Origin: Octopus bimaculoides
Lineage: Eukaryota
DNA: 58,279 bases
Direction of reading: 5' to 3'
Assembly (NCBI RefSeq): GCF_001194135.2
Contig: NC_068997.1
Coordinates: 6,294,670 to 6,352,948 of the forward strand
Made by a program: the position numbers and the translations under genes. This document shows positions 12,211-25,670 of the stretch, piece after piece. Positions within the stretch are counted from its first letter, which is position 1; each line of letters starts with the position of its first letter. The notes under the pieces were generated by a model, which had not been told where the DNA came from, did no database searches, and worked only from the letters and a program-made list of their open reading frames with translations.

Positions 12211-12699
12211 TAAATTGACAAAATTAATTATTTTTTGAACCTGTGGAAGACGCACAAGATATCGAAATATCGTTCACTAGATGACAATGGCACTCTTCTT
12301 TTAATTTGGAGTTTTGCAAGTCTTTCAACGGGTAAACGACAATCTCCTCGCTTCTAGCAGTACCAAAGCATTATGGCTAACAGATTAAAAAAAAAATGTT
12401 GCGACACTTCGAACTCTTTACGAGCAATACATTTAAATCCCTCAAACTTGCCAACAATTCTCACTAAACCATTGGATGCAATCACCTCTTTCCCATTGTT
12501 ATCTCTATGTTTTTACTCTCAAAACTTCCCTCAATCATTCCTCGGTTCCTGCATGGATCAACCTATCTATAAAAACCGATTCAATTTGAATTTCTGCATC
12601 GATCTCATCCGTTTAGGAGCTGCAGCTGTCTTGAGCATCTGGAACCCAATAAATAACAGAAAATAAATAACATATGCCATAACGCATGTATGTTAATGA

Positions 12700-12759
<60 letters not shown>

Positions 12760-13204
12760 AAGAGGGAGAGAGAGAGAGAGACAAAGTTACCGTAATCAGA
12801 GAATTAAAAAGACCATTCAAACAAGGAAGGATTCAGTACATTTGAATGTCGGGTAGAACCATTATGAATTATAGAACGTCCAACTATTGTAGAAGGAGCT
12901 TTGAAACTGATAGCCTTTCAAAACATCTCTACAATCGTCGGACGCGCACTGTATTTAATATCTATGTGGTGTGTGTATGTGTGTGTTATTTACACACGTG
13001 TATATTGCTACGTTTATTAATGTATCTGTCTGATTAATTGTATTTCTAATGATGTATTTGAAATTCTAACCTCAAGTTAGTTTTATGTCACAACAATGCT
13101 ATGAAATAAAGAATCTGTATCTGTTTGATGATAGGGAACATAAAATGATTCTAAGAAAAGCAAAATTAGATTTGTGAGAAAATGTATATATATGTATTTG
13201 AAAC

Positions 13205-13272
13205 AAATGAATATGGAAAAGATAAAGGTAAATGAATATGGAAAAGGTAAAGGCAAATGAATATGGAAATGG
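13205..13272. repeat. 25-bp minisatellite (about 2.7 copies) immediately downstream of microexon 3 in transcript direction
   Basis: Units aaatgaatatggaaaag(a/g)taaagg(t/c) start at 13205, 13230 and 13255. Confidence 0.85.
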
Positions 13273-13298
13273 AGAACATACACGCTCATCATACATAC

Positions 13299-13349
13299 CT
13301 CGACCTCCTGCCTCTAGATGACGTGACACGAGGTGTCGGAGCGAGCAGT
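13299..13349 (-). CDS. Exon 3: 51-nt symmetric (phase 2-2) microexon encoding a basic linker, (K)LLAPTPRVTSSRGRRS(R)
   Basis: Acceptor tttctctgttcatcggccgtttctgttgcag| and donor TCG AG|gtatgt. Its phases join exon 2 (AA|A = Lys) to exon 4 (AG|A = Arg) without stops. No homology support, and the gene also stays in frame without it. Confidence 0.65.
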
Positions 13350-16300
13350 CTGCAACAGAAACGGCCGATGAACAGAGAAAAATAATTATATGGAAAAGAG
13401 CAAATGAAGATGAAAAAGATGTCACACACAGAGAGAATTGAAAGATTCACACGTGAGATGGAACTGTTGACTACGGGATTGAACGTAGAAGGGATCATTC
13501 TCTTACAAGGGACATTATCACGTCTGTACTGTTCTAGTAACTACAAAATAAGACATTATTTCATGCTGTCAGGATATATCTGTTGAACTCAAGAGAAGAT
13601 AATTGTTTATTAGCAGTGGACATTTTCGTGGAGGCTACATTGGAGGGCCGCAAGGCAAATAAGTCTGTCAATGAGGCAGGTTTTTCCGCGACTATGTTAT
13701 TGCTACACAATTCTAAGTCTCACACAATTTTATAACAAATTGCTTCATGCAGGTTTCAGTGGTTTTAGTTACATTCAGTTTTTTTAAGAAAATGGAAAAC
13801 AAAATAGAAAAAGAAAAAAACACTACAGAGTATGAATTGGAAAATAACTTTTTTTATTTTCATTCATTCATGTGTGAATGTACATCTCTGACAGATATAA
13901 AATGGAGAGATGAAGATAAGAGAGGACTAATATATGATACAAAAGGTTAATAACTGATCTAAGAAATGTAAAGGAAGCAGGTGACTATAAACATCGTCAG
14001 TATTTTTCAAAAATATTTCAAATTTAACCGGCAAAACAAAGAGCATCAAAATTCGTTATATTTTGGAATAAATTGCTTTTAAAAGATGATGTTTAACTTC
14101 AGAAAGTTAATTGAATGAGAATTTTTGTCAACCAGTTCAGAAGATGGTTCATGTTGAAATCCTCACATGATGAATTTAATAAAAATGTGCAAAATTAAAA
14201 TGAAATATAAACAAACAGTTGCAAGACCTAAAATAAAATTAAATATTTCAAAATTTTAAAAATTTGATGAGAAAAGCAACTAATACCGTACTGTACAAAT
14301 TCTGTCCTAATTTATAAAATTGCTTTAAATCAGTTACTTTTCTTAGCATTAATTTCTTTCAATGTCTATTGCTAGGATGAGAGAGAAATGCAATTTTTTT
14401 AATAAGATTATATTAGAAATAGTACATACACTACAGTCTTATGAAAAGTTTCACTTAACTAACTGTGACCTACAACCTGGAATATACATACATCGTTTCA
14501 CTTGTATATGTGAAGATGCGATCAAATAATTTGCATTAATTATCTCACGCCATTCAAGGCAGCGAGCTGGTAGAATCGTTGCAACGTAGAAAAAATTCTT
14601 GAAGGCATATGTTATGTAGTGAGCAAAAAAAAAAAAAAAAAAAATCACTCAAAATTACACACGTAAGGAAAACATATCGTTAGCCCAATGTTATTTCTTA
14701 TCAAGAAAGACAGTGGATTAAACTCTTGCGAGATTAATATTAAAAACTGAATGAGGCTTTTTCTGGAAGTTCTCCCATGGCATTATAATTTCAAATGACA
14801 AAACATTAGATGTATAAATTTTAACTATGCTCTTTGAATTAATATACATTAAACAAGTTTAACAGAGTAACTTTCATAAAATTAGATTATAGTTTCACAC
14901 TATACTTTTTTTTTCATACTTATCCATTTATTATTCTGGCAGATTATACAGGAAAACGAACTTACTGACGTTTCATATTTTCTACTAAGCATTTGCAAAT
15001 CTCGTGATGAATTCTCTCCAACTGATAATACTTGATTACGAACACAGAGAAATTATGTGTATTGTAGGACATATTTGGTACAAAGTATCGACAACTGATT
15101 AAGTAATATCTAAAAAGGAATTTCTGAAGCAAACACCAATTTTATTATTGATTTAATTACCGTAATCATCAAACAATATCGCTTTTCTAATAATGAAATA
15201 GAGTTCTCGAAATCGAAATCAGAAGAATTTGCTTTTCTTTCTTTCCTTAAAATAATATATGTTCTGAGTATACGTAGCTAGATATCATTGACCTTCGATT
15301 TACAAGTAAAAATTGATAGCATCGATATTTCCGCAATGAAACGTATTAAATCACAAGGAAATGAATAGATCAAATGAGTATAATAGATACTAAACGGTTA
15401 AATATTTTCGTCAGAAACAATTTAACTAAAAATAACTACAAAACATCTCAGAATCTCAAATTCAAGTAAAATCTATATTAATTCAACCAAACGGCAGAAT
15501 TTCAATAGTTTCAATAAAACTTCCGAGCACTGTAGCAATCCAACGATTAAACATTTCTATATTTTATATAAGGGTGATATTCTTATCCAGACGGCCTTTG
15601 TTTTACCGAGGGAATATGTTCGATTGAATAAACCCTCTGTATATTATTAGATTTAATGATTAAGCAGAACAACAATACACAATGATAGATACATTACGCT
15701 ATCTAGCATCGTTATTCTGCCTCTACCATTCTTCTATTTCCTTTGTTGAACTCTTCATATGTTCAAGGATTTTATTGTTTGAATATTTGGACTTTTGACT
15801 GGTATAAATCATTATCATCCCGCACGAGACGGTAACTAAACTCTGTTTCTATTGTAGAAGTTGATGTTGTAGTTGTTGTTATTGAGAAACCTCCAACCAT
15901 TGCTTCAACTGAGAAGGCACATCATACAAAGATGACCAATTAAGCTCAGAAGAAGTTTTTGTTGATGTTATATTCTGTTTTTGTTGCATTTCAATCTGGT
16001 TTCGAACCACACATTACAAATATTATGACTTTTAATGAGGTAGTTAAGCCGTGTTGTAATCATTTAAGTATCTGAAATTTATTTTCGAAGAGTTTGGTGA
16101 TCATCGTAGCATAGACGGCTTAAGAAGATTTTGTGATACTAATAATCTCAATTCTTTGGTTGTTAATACAGAATATGAGTGTAGAAAGGCATTTGACATT
16201 GTAAGTATTTTAGTGTTTGCATCGGACTTGTCTAATCCCGAAGTGTTCTATATAATACCTAAATCACACCTTGAAACTGAGGTCAGAAAGAGGCTTATAA

Positions 16301-18969
16301 CATTTCCCACGAAGTTTCTACAGTTAAAAGAACATCAATGAACATAAGTTTGCTGTGGGTAATGTTCAGAGTGCTTTGAGTTTACAGTATCTAATTTAGA
16401 ATGTCTTTTTTTTTTTTTTGTAATGTGTACGTCAGTGCCTTCACCCACACTTCCGATATTAAAAATTTGATAATGTAATTCTAATCTTCTTGACAAAGTA
16501 TTGAGTTCTCAGAAATAATGACGCCAACTTCTTCATCCTAACAAAACAATTAGCAACCTTCTAGTTCCTCTAGCAATTCAGACATGTACTAATGACAGAT
16601 TTCCCTGAGTAAGAACTCCTCCTACAATGTCCTAGATTTCAATGAGGTCAACATATTTTGAACAAAATAAATTCTGGTAAGGATACTACAACTTCAGAAA
16701 GGATACAAGTTGAGAAAGAGAATGAATTTTGGATGCGAGAAACATTTATGAATATATTTACTGGCTCAAAGTAGTTGCAGATTTAAGAAAATCAAATGAT
16801 AATTGTTTGATACAAATGAGATAACTTTAAAAGATGCTATAGCACAAAATTGTTGTTTCCATGATTTGATTCGGAAAGATTTCGATACAAGCCACCAAAA
16901 CCTCAAGTGTTGTCAATATCCATTATTTAGATTCTCTACAGAAAAGGCGGTTTGTGTAAAAAAGCTAAATCGACAAGACTGTTCTCAAATTCTTCATCGA
17001 GTATCATCTATGTCACTATAGTGTCAAAAATAATTCTTGATAAATGGCTTTATTTAAATGTATTAATGAAGATGATATATATACGACTTCACCATTCTAC
17101 AAATCACTCGTTTGCGTACCCACGGTAAAGTTTAAATAATTGCAGAAATAACTTGAGAAGTGTTCACTTCAATACTGGTGATACTGTGTATATATGTTTT
17201 TGCTTAAAATAATTTTTCTGAAAACTTTATTAAAAAGGAAAATAAAGATCCGAATGAATATTTAGGAAATATTTAAGAGCGAATATTACAGAAGAAATAA
17301 ATAAACAGCAGAAAATTCCTTTTTAAAAAATTGGACTTAATATAATGTTTTAACGCCACTGTCTCCATGCTTCTAGTTTCCTGTATTTATTTAAGCATGC
17401 AAAATTATTCATGCATGGGAGCAAATACATGCACATATATTTAAACATGGAGGACAACACAAAGAAACCGCAATCAAAATGTTTTTGATATAATAATTAT
17501 CATAAATGTCAGATTTCTTGTACTGTAACAGTGACGGAAATTGTCAAACGCTAATATTCTGCTTGCGCAATGAATATCCACGGAAACCATTCACTGTTGA
17601 AAGAATATTCAGTTACGAACACTATAATTCAATGAATAGTTTTGTTGATCAAATAATTAGTAACATTCATCGCTAACACTGACGCGACATTCACTATCAT
17701 CATCCGCATCATCATATAATTAATACCATACCGTAGTTTCACACATATGTAATATAAGCTATATAAAGCAAAGCTAAGAATGCAGCACACATCTGCTTCC
17801 CTTCTACAAAATATCTGTAGTATATTGCTGGATGCCTGCATAGAACCGTGGCGCATTTTTCATTTTATAGCTAAAATTACGCACACATTACGAACTCTAC
17901 ATATTACGGTATTCCAACATAGTCTTAACATGGATAGCTAAAGTTTACTACAAAACTATTGGATCAGAATTGTTTATATACTTAAACTACAATATATAGC
18001 ATCTATCTATCAATCTATCTATCTGTCTTATCTATCTATTTATTTATCTATTTGTCTGTTTGTACCTATGCATATGTATACACAAAGACAACAGATACGT
18101 AATATAAATCAAATGTTTAATTTAGAATAATTCAATAGGAAACTATCTGGTAATACAATGGATGAAAATCTAAAACCTCTTTAAAATGCAACTCTAAAGC
18201 AGTTGAGGTCATTTATTAAACGTCCAATAATATCAAGATTCAAACATAGACTTCCGAATGATAAGTATTTAAAAAATGTATTAATGTATCATTCCTTTGA
18301 CACTATAAATATATAGGCATCCCTTTAAGAATAAAACACACTTTGAATTTTTTCAAATCCTAGTAATCAATATCCACAATTAAGTTTCGTATTTGCAATA
18401 GCAGAAATTCTAAAACCAAACTTCTTTGCACAGATTATGGTAATATAAATGTGACAATTCAATAGAGACGTTAGACATTTTAGACATCACATTTCCAAAC
18501 AACAGTGTTGTATATTACTACATTTCAAATGGCCATAAGGACAAGCGATTTCCTATGCAACAGTGGTGGAACAAATAACAGTTTATAGACATTCTAAATA
18601 TGCTTCATTTTTCGCCGAAACACAAACACACACATATGACAAGCCTCTGTACAGTTGCCGTGGACCAAATTGCTTCTAAAAAGCGATTGGTCGATCTGAG
18701 GCAAAGCTAGAAGATCTGTCCAATGTGCTGCGCTTTGAAATCGAACCTTGAACCAATGGACATAAAGCAGACTCAGTCATACTTGCAAATAACTTCACAC
18801 AACAAATTGTTTCTTCGTGTTAGTTTAGTTATTACAAATTTATCACAAGGAATACAAATTTACTCATTCAGTAAAGCTTTGCTGCTATTTCTATATACTT
18901 TTTTTTTTTTATCAGAATCTATTTATTTTGGACTCTAAGTGTCATTTGATTATATTTAATTGGTCTTAC

Positions 18970-19109
18970 TTTTGTTTTATCTTCTTTATCTTCATTAGTT
19001 TATAAGGTACTCCGATCGCCGTGATTTTACTGCCGTCTGACACACGATACCATCCTTCCTGAGTGTTGATGTATGTTGGAGTCAATACAATTGAGACAAG
19101 AATTCGAAC
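18970..19109 (-). CDS. Exon 2 (140 nt): C-terminal strands of the CpcT/CpeT domain
   Basis: Strong acceptor tttttgttttttaatgttttccgctttatttactag|GTT and donor CAA AA|gtaaga. Phase 0 in matches exon 1; phase 2 out. Open frame VRILVSIVLTPTYINTQEGWYRVSDGSKITAIGVPYKLMKIKKIKQ aligns with the CpcT C-terminus (TYLDSEFEI..FISLDRGRD..IWGS..GPFYFVR). Not in the supplied ORF track. Confidence 0.85.
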
Positions 19110-19898
19110 CTAGTAAATAAAGCGGAAAACATTAAAAAACAAAAACACGTGTAAGCATATTTTGGCAATATTAAAACTGCTATTTAAAGAAATGATGTGA
19201 ACGAGCAAGTTCATAGAATTGCTTAATTCATCTTTACTTCTGCAGTAGTGCTTGAATAAAAGGTGTTTTTTTTTAGGGATGTGAAAATGAAAAGTAAAAA
19301 TGTCACAGAAATGTTGTTTAAGAATAAATCTACGAGAAATGATTTCTGACATCAGATTGCTTTTTTTTTTTCTTGACCAAAACTGTCGAGATGCCAAGCT
19401 AGTTATAGCAAGCACTACAGTCTATCACTCATAACCACAGCAAATAGTGACTAAATTGTAAAATCATTTAAGAGGATCAAGTTGCACATAGTTTCATACA
19501 CTCTAGTCAAAGGAAATTCAAATAATTTAATCACAAGAAACAATCTAAGCTGCACATCTGTAAAGTACTGTTATAACAAACTAACAAATTATAGCCACTA
19601 TGATCTGCCTTTACGCATTAAACAATGACACTTGCATGAATGTTGTTTATTTTAGGAAGAAGCAAGTTAGTAGCTCCAGATTTTAATCTCGTCTGTGGAC
19701 TCTCTTTCTATCTCTCACTCACTCTCTCCCCTTCTCCCCCCTCTCTCTCTCTCTCATTTACCTACTTCAAAAACAATATTTCAGCACTTTGTTTTTTAAC
19801 AGAACATAAGATGAACTGTTATTTTTGTTGTTAATCTGCTATAATGTATATAAACGTATTCACTCATACACACCCATATATATATACATACATTTCTC

Positions 19899-19961
<63 letters not shown>

Positions 19962-22176
19962 CCAAAGAATTTGTTTACTTGTTGAGCGGCTGTCTTCATT
20001 CTGTTCATCGGTTCTGTTGATGTTGTGTCCAGCCATTTTGCTTGTTGTAGCTCTGTGAATGCTAGATTCAAGTTTCAGTCGAAAATCTCTACGATTGTGA
20101 ATAAAAGGCTCCCTCAGTTAATTCATCTGAAGATTAAGCAGTTATTTAACGGCCGATAGTTGGGGCTCTAAAGTTGGGGATAGTATTCATCGTATTTTCA
20201 ATAAATAGTCTCTCACGCCAAATATGCGACTTGTCGCTTCGGTTTATTTCAAGATTTCTTGCCAATAGAGAAAGAACCGGTTTCTAACCAAGATCCAAGG
20301 TTCCTTCAATGGAATTTCAACATCAGCAAAAGGGTATGTATGTATGTATGTATGTATGTATGTATGTATGTATGTATGTGTAGATTTGTATGTTTTATGT
20401 ACGTATTCTCATGCATATAGTTACATATCTAGACATGCTCAAATATATTTAAATGATAAACTTCTGGAAAGTTTTACAGATTTTTACAGTTCCAGTGATG
20501 GATTGGATCTGTAGTCTTCAAATTAGCTTTCTCCTTTCTGGCATTTAGGCAGTGTGTATTCCATATGTATGTATGTATGTATTGTTGTTATCTACATAGG
20601 AGAATAGAAAATGATAGCCGAATGATCTGACTGTCAACAGAAAACACAGTAACTGCATCATTTCATAAGGCCAGGCATATTGTCAAATAAAAACAATTTC
20701 TGATGTGTATCGTGTGTGTCAGTGTGCACAACCTACAGGGAAAAGAACCGAGTAACGCTTTCTGTTCAATGCTAGAAATATCGCAAAATATATTTATCTT
20801 CATGAATAGTGGTAAAGAATTTAAAAAATTTATTCATATCAACATGCATATCATAAAGATAAAGGTAACCATACATACACCACGAGCCTGTATACAGACA
20901 TCACCAGAAACAGACATTTCTTTTTATATATGTTTGTATATATGCATGTTTACTTGCATGTACATATCTCAAGCAGCTTGGGTTGTTTTCATATTTTAAA
21001 AATATTACATAGTCATTAAAGAAACTGTTGTTAGACGAGGTATATTTATCTGCTGTGAAGATAAACTGGAAGAAGGCATCAAACGTAAGATACCAGCTAT
21101 CAAAGACAAACAGATTGGATATAATCTTGATTACAGTTCTGATATAAGCACAAACGTTTACATAAATCCAACAAAGTATTCAACCACATTTCCCTTTGCT
21201 TTCCGCCTATTTGTATTGCAAGAGCCCTTAAAAGTTTGAAAACTATTATATACTTTATTATAAACAATCACGATAATACCTTTGGTTAGGGGACATCCTT
21301 CTATAAAATCTACTCAACGTCCCAAATATCTCTATCTTTCAGTGTTCTACATATATATATANNNNNNNNNNNNNNNNNNNNNNNNNNNNNNNNNNNNNNN
21401 NNNNNNNNNNNNNNNNNNNNNNNNNNNNNNNNNNNNNNNNNNNNNNNNNNNNNNNNNNNNNNNNNNNNNNNNNNNNNNNNNNNNNNNNNNNNNNNNNNNN
21501 NNNNNNNNNNNNNNNNNNNNNNNNNNNNNNNNNNNNNNNNNNNNNNNNNNNNNNNNNNNNNNNNNNNNNNNNNNNNNNNNNNNNNNNNNNNNNNNNNNNN
21601 NNNNNNNNNNNNNNNNNNNNNNNNNNNNNNNNNNNNNNNNNNNNNNNNNNNNNNNNNNNNNNNNNNNNNNNNNNNNNNNNNNNNNNNNNNNNNNNNNNNN
21701 NNNNNNNNNNNNNNNNNNNNNNNNNNNNNNNNNNNNNNNNNNNNNNNNNNNNNNNNNNNNNNNNNNNNNNNNNNNNNNNNNNNNNNNNNNNNNNNNNNNN
21801 NNNNNNNNNNNNNNNNNNNNNNNNNNNNNNNNNNNNNNNNNNNNNNNNNNNNNNNNNNNNNNNNNNNNNNNNNNNNNNNNNNNNNNNNNNNNNNNNNNNN
21901 NNNNNNNNNNNNNNNNNNNNNNNNNNNNNNNNNNNNNNNNNNNNNNNNNNNNNNNNNNNNNNNNNNNNNNNNNNNNNNNNNNNNNNNNNNNNNNNNNNNN
22001 NNNNNNNNNNGGTCGTCAGAATTATGAGAGTTTGTGGCTCAGTTCCCATGGTTGATGTTGTGCACATTATTTTTCAATCTTGGATTCATACTTAAACATG
22101 ATTTAATTTAACGTTTGTATACGGGGTTTCAGTCATTAGTGAGACACTCAAATGATTTTCTAATTGATCTAAAGAG

Positions 22177-22366
22177 CAGAGGCGTAGCTGACAGAGGAGC
22201 AAAGAGGGCGACCACTTCCCTTCCCACCCAGCACATTTTTCAAAATTGGCGCCTTTTATTAAATGTATAACCAATGAGTTAAACATTGTTTGGTATGCGC
22301 CACTGAGCCTTTTTTTATTATGTACTCGTCCCCCCCCCCCAATTGTAGAGTCTGGCTTTGCCTCCT
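22177..22366. mobile_element. Possible decayed MITE
   Basis: Imperfect terminal inverted repeats: gaggcgtagctgac versus the reverse complement of gtctggctttgcctc. Confidence 0.3.
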
Positions 22367-23894
22367 ACTAATGACCCCAGTATTTAAATTTGACCTTTAA
22401 TTTATCGTCCTACATTTTATTAAGTGGCTGAGTTACCTTTGTAACTCTAATTTTTATCTTCGATCCGGTGTTACACGATACATAAATCCGTAACCACGTC
22501 ATTTTCGATGTCAACTCCTTAACTCGTCCATTCTCGCTTCTATAAATAACCGACCTATTTTTCTGGGTTCATTCATCGAAACTTTTAGAATGCAGTGACT
22601 AAACAATATCGTATCTCACATATTGAATAATGAATAAATGAAAATGTTATATTCTGCTGTGATGCTAAACAATTTTCGGGCAATATCTTGAGCAAAATTT
22701 AAAACAGTTTAAGATCAATGTAATGAACTTTTTCCGTTGCTGCTGTTGTTTTTGTCGTCGTCTTTGTTGTTGTTGTTGGCGTTTAGCCCCAAGTCATCCC
22801 TTGCCTAGCAAATTTATAATTAAAGCTGTTCCAGTTATCACTATCCCGTTTTCCCCACGCATGTTTCTAAGTCTACATCAAGTATGCTTTCCCTTTTTAA
22901 GGTAATAAGTCTGTCGTTCTCAAGTTTTGACTTTGTGACAAATTGGGGATCAACTATATATTTACTAGCAAAAACTATTTCAAAGCAAAAAAAAAAAAAA
23001 ANNNNNNNNNNNNNNNNNNNNNNNNNNNNNNNNNNNNNNNNNNNNNNNNNNNNNNNNNNNNNNNNNNNNNNNNNNNNNNNNNNNNNNNNNNNNNNNNNNN
23101 NACTAAAAAGAAATGGAATACTCTGAGGAAAAAAAAAGGTAAGAGACCGTAAAAAGAGATCGGCCAGGAAGAAAGAATATAAAAGCATTTGTTGAGTGAA
23201 GTTTAGAAGACGTTATAAGAGCAGAAGGCAGGGAAGCGTAGCAGTCAACTAGAAAGGAGAAAGCTATCGTTATCTATGGAGAACGACTCGCTTCAGTTAT
23301 TTAATAAGGGACCATTAAATAGTTACAAAATTCTTCACCGTCATAATTAGAAAACCAGACACAACACCTGACTGAAGTTAGATCAACCTTAATAACTAAA
23401 TCTCGGAATTTCAGACCTCACAAACACAATCCTACAAACATCTCAGAATATGTGTTAGCTACACGTAAAACAACTTCCAAAAATGAAATATAAGACAAAA
23501 CTATTATAGTTAACAGAATATTACAAAGAGAATTTTTTTTATATACTAACAAGAATAAAAAGAAACATTAAGAATAAAAGAAAAATACTAACAACACCTT
23601 TTCATTGCCTGCTCGACTGAAGGGAAAATGGCAAGAGGAAATTATCTTCAAAGAGGGGACCATATTATTAGAATACTTACAAGAATAGACTTTGCTAACG
23701 GTACCCAGGGTCAGGTGATAGTGTTAAGGTGGGTGTCGAATTAAGTTTACTATCACGAAGGTTTCCATACAAAATTCACTCTCAAGGCTTTGGTCGACTA
23801 GGTACATCGTAGTGGGATCGATCCCAGAATCACGTAGTTACAAGCAAAGTTCTTAACTAAACAACCAGGCCTACACACCTACCCCTACATTATC

Positions 23895-24133
23895 TTTTCT
23901 ACTCTAGGCACAAGGCCCGAAATTTTGGGGAGGCGGCCAGTCGATTAGATCGTCCCCAGTCGATTAGATCGTCCCCAGTCGATTAGATCGACCCCAATAC
24001 GCAACTGGTTCTTAATTTATCGACCCCGAAAGGCAAAGTCGACCTCGGCGGAATTTGAACTCAGAACGTAAAGACAGACGAAATACTGCTAAGAATTTCG
24101 CCCGGCATGCTAACGATTCTACCAGCTCGCTGC
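23895..24133 (-). mobile_element. SINE family A copy with an internal 19-bp triplication
   Basis: Family A core on the minus strand; (cagtcgattagatcgtccc)x3 at 23938-23995. Confidence 0.8.
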
Positions 24134-25280
24134 CTTCAAACAGTTAGTAAATATGGGACTTTTCCTTGTTTAAGACACCGTGAAGTGAAAGTTGAGAGGA
24201 ATTTTGTTATTATTTCAAGCAGATCAAGCATGTTGAGGCACCCTTGGTGTTACTCGAAGTCAGAAATGAAACGTGGTGTATTCTTGCCACCGAGCTCCCA
24301 CTGAGATAAGTGCTAACTCTGAAGTCCTGTATTTCTATATATATATATATAGCATTATAATTCTTGCAACTTGTATGCCACATCAGTGCTACCATTCATA
24401 ATCGATCAAAAGTTAAAGGTCACCTACTTAAGTCCTTTCAAAAGAAATAAGAAATTAATTAAAAAGAAATAATGTTTCGTCAGCAGGCGGCTGTAAAAGC
24501 TATCAGTCACATTTGACTTCACTCTTAAAATCAATGTCACCGATGTTCAGATTGAAAATCTGATTTTCTGTGGGCCAAAACTTACAGGGAAACTTAAAGT
24601 TCCAAAGATCGCAATTCAGAAGAGAAATACTTGGTGGAAGTATTTCGTGAAGATTTTCTGTGGTGTCCTACGCAAAGAATCACAAAAAGCAGAGATGAAG
24701 ATTGATTTCAAGGGTTTAAATAAGGAAGGTGCAGTTTGCTAGTTCAGAACCGTACTAACAGTAAAAGAGAGATCGAAGTGTGACATTATGAAATGCCGCA
24801 AAGCATTTTGTCCGGTGTGCTAACAGTTCTGTCAGCTCACTATCTTAATAATAACAATAATCCTTTCTATTATAAGCACAAGACCGGAAATTTGCGGGGA
24901 GGGAGTAAGTCGATTTGTTTTGGAATGCAGTTAAGGTATGTATAGCGGTTGCTCCAGCCACACATATGAGCAGTACTGACTTACGTGACTGGCATTTGTG
25001 CCTTTATAATGTTACATTCCTGTTCTGATATTGAGTACCTCCTTGCCGGGGAGAGAAGGTGTAGCGTTTTAGCTATGTTATAGTTATTTACTGAAACTGT
25101 TCACCCAGGAAGTGTACCGCAAGTGAAAAAAAAACCTGCAACATCACCACTAAAATAAAAAAAAAATTGGAAACTGTACGAATAGTAGCATTAACAATAC
25201 AATAGTACACGCAATAGTTTTTTTTTTTTTTTTCACTACACATCACACTTTATTGTATGCCAATAATTTTCGTTCTACCA

Positions 25281-25670
25281 GGCGGCGAGCTGGCAGAATA
25301 CTTCGCCGGGCGAAATACTTAGCGGTACTTTGTCTGCCGCTACGTTCTGAGTTCAAATTTCCGCCGAGGTCGACTTTACCTTCCATCCTTTCGGGGTCGA
25401 TTAAATAAGTACCAGTTACTCACTGGGGTCGATGTAATCGACTTACCGCCTCCCCGCAAATTTCCGGCCTTGTACTTATAATAGAAAGGATTATTGTTAT
25501 TATTAAGACGGTGAGCTGACAGAACCGTTGGCACACCGGACAAAATGCTTCGCGGCATTGCATTCGTCTTTACATTCTGAGTTCAAATAATTTTCACCTT
25601 TTCGGAGTTGATAGAATAAGTAACGTTTGAGCACCGGGGTCGATGGTCTTCTGCCAAAATTTGTAACAAT
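25281..25670 (+). mobile_element. Two head-to-tail SINE family A copies (about 25281-25490 and 25507-25670)
   Basis: ggcggcgagctggcagaa..gttctgagttcaaatttccgccgaggtcgac, then gacggtgagctgacagaaccgttggcacaccgg..ctgagttcaaa. Confidence 0.8.

Noticed and set aside
14720-15405. AT-rich block with ttaa-like ends suggesting a piggyBac-type MITE
   Set aside because: The ends do not form convincing inverted repeats, and there is no second copy in the window.
23938-23995. CRISPR-like direct repeats
   Set aside because: Tandem units without spacers inside a eukaryotic SINE.
24586-24667. 82-nt minus-strand pseudo-exon in intron 1 (tttgcgtag|GAC..CCC T|gtaagt, DTTENLHEILPPSISLLNCDLWNFKFP), overlapping an 82-codon start-less open frame on the plus strand
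   Set aside because: Phase 0 in and phase 1 out would frameshift exon 2. Exons 1 and 2 already give a continuous CpcT alignment, and neither frame resembles anything known. At most a poison exon.
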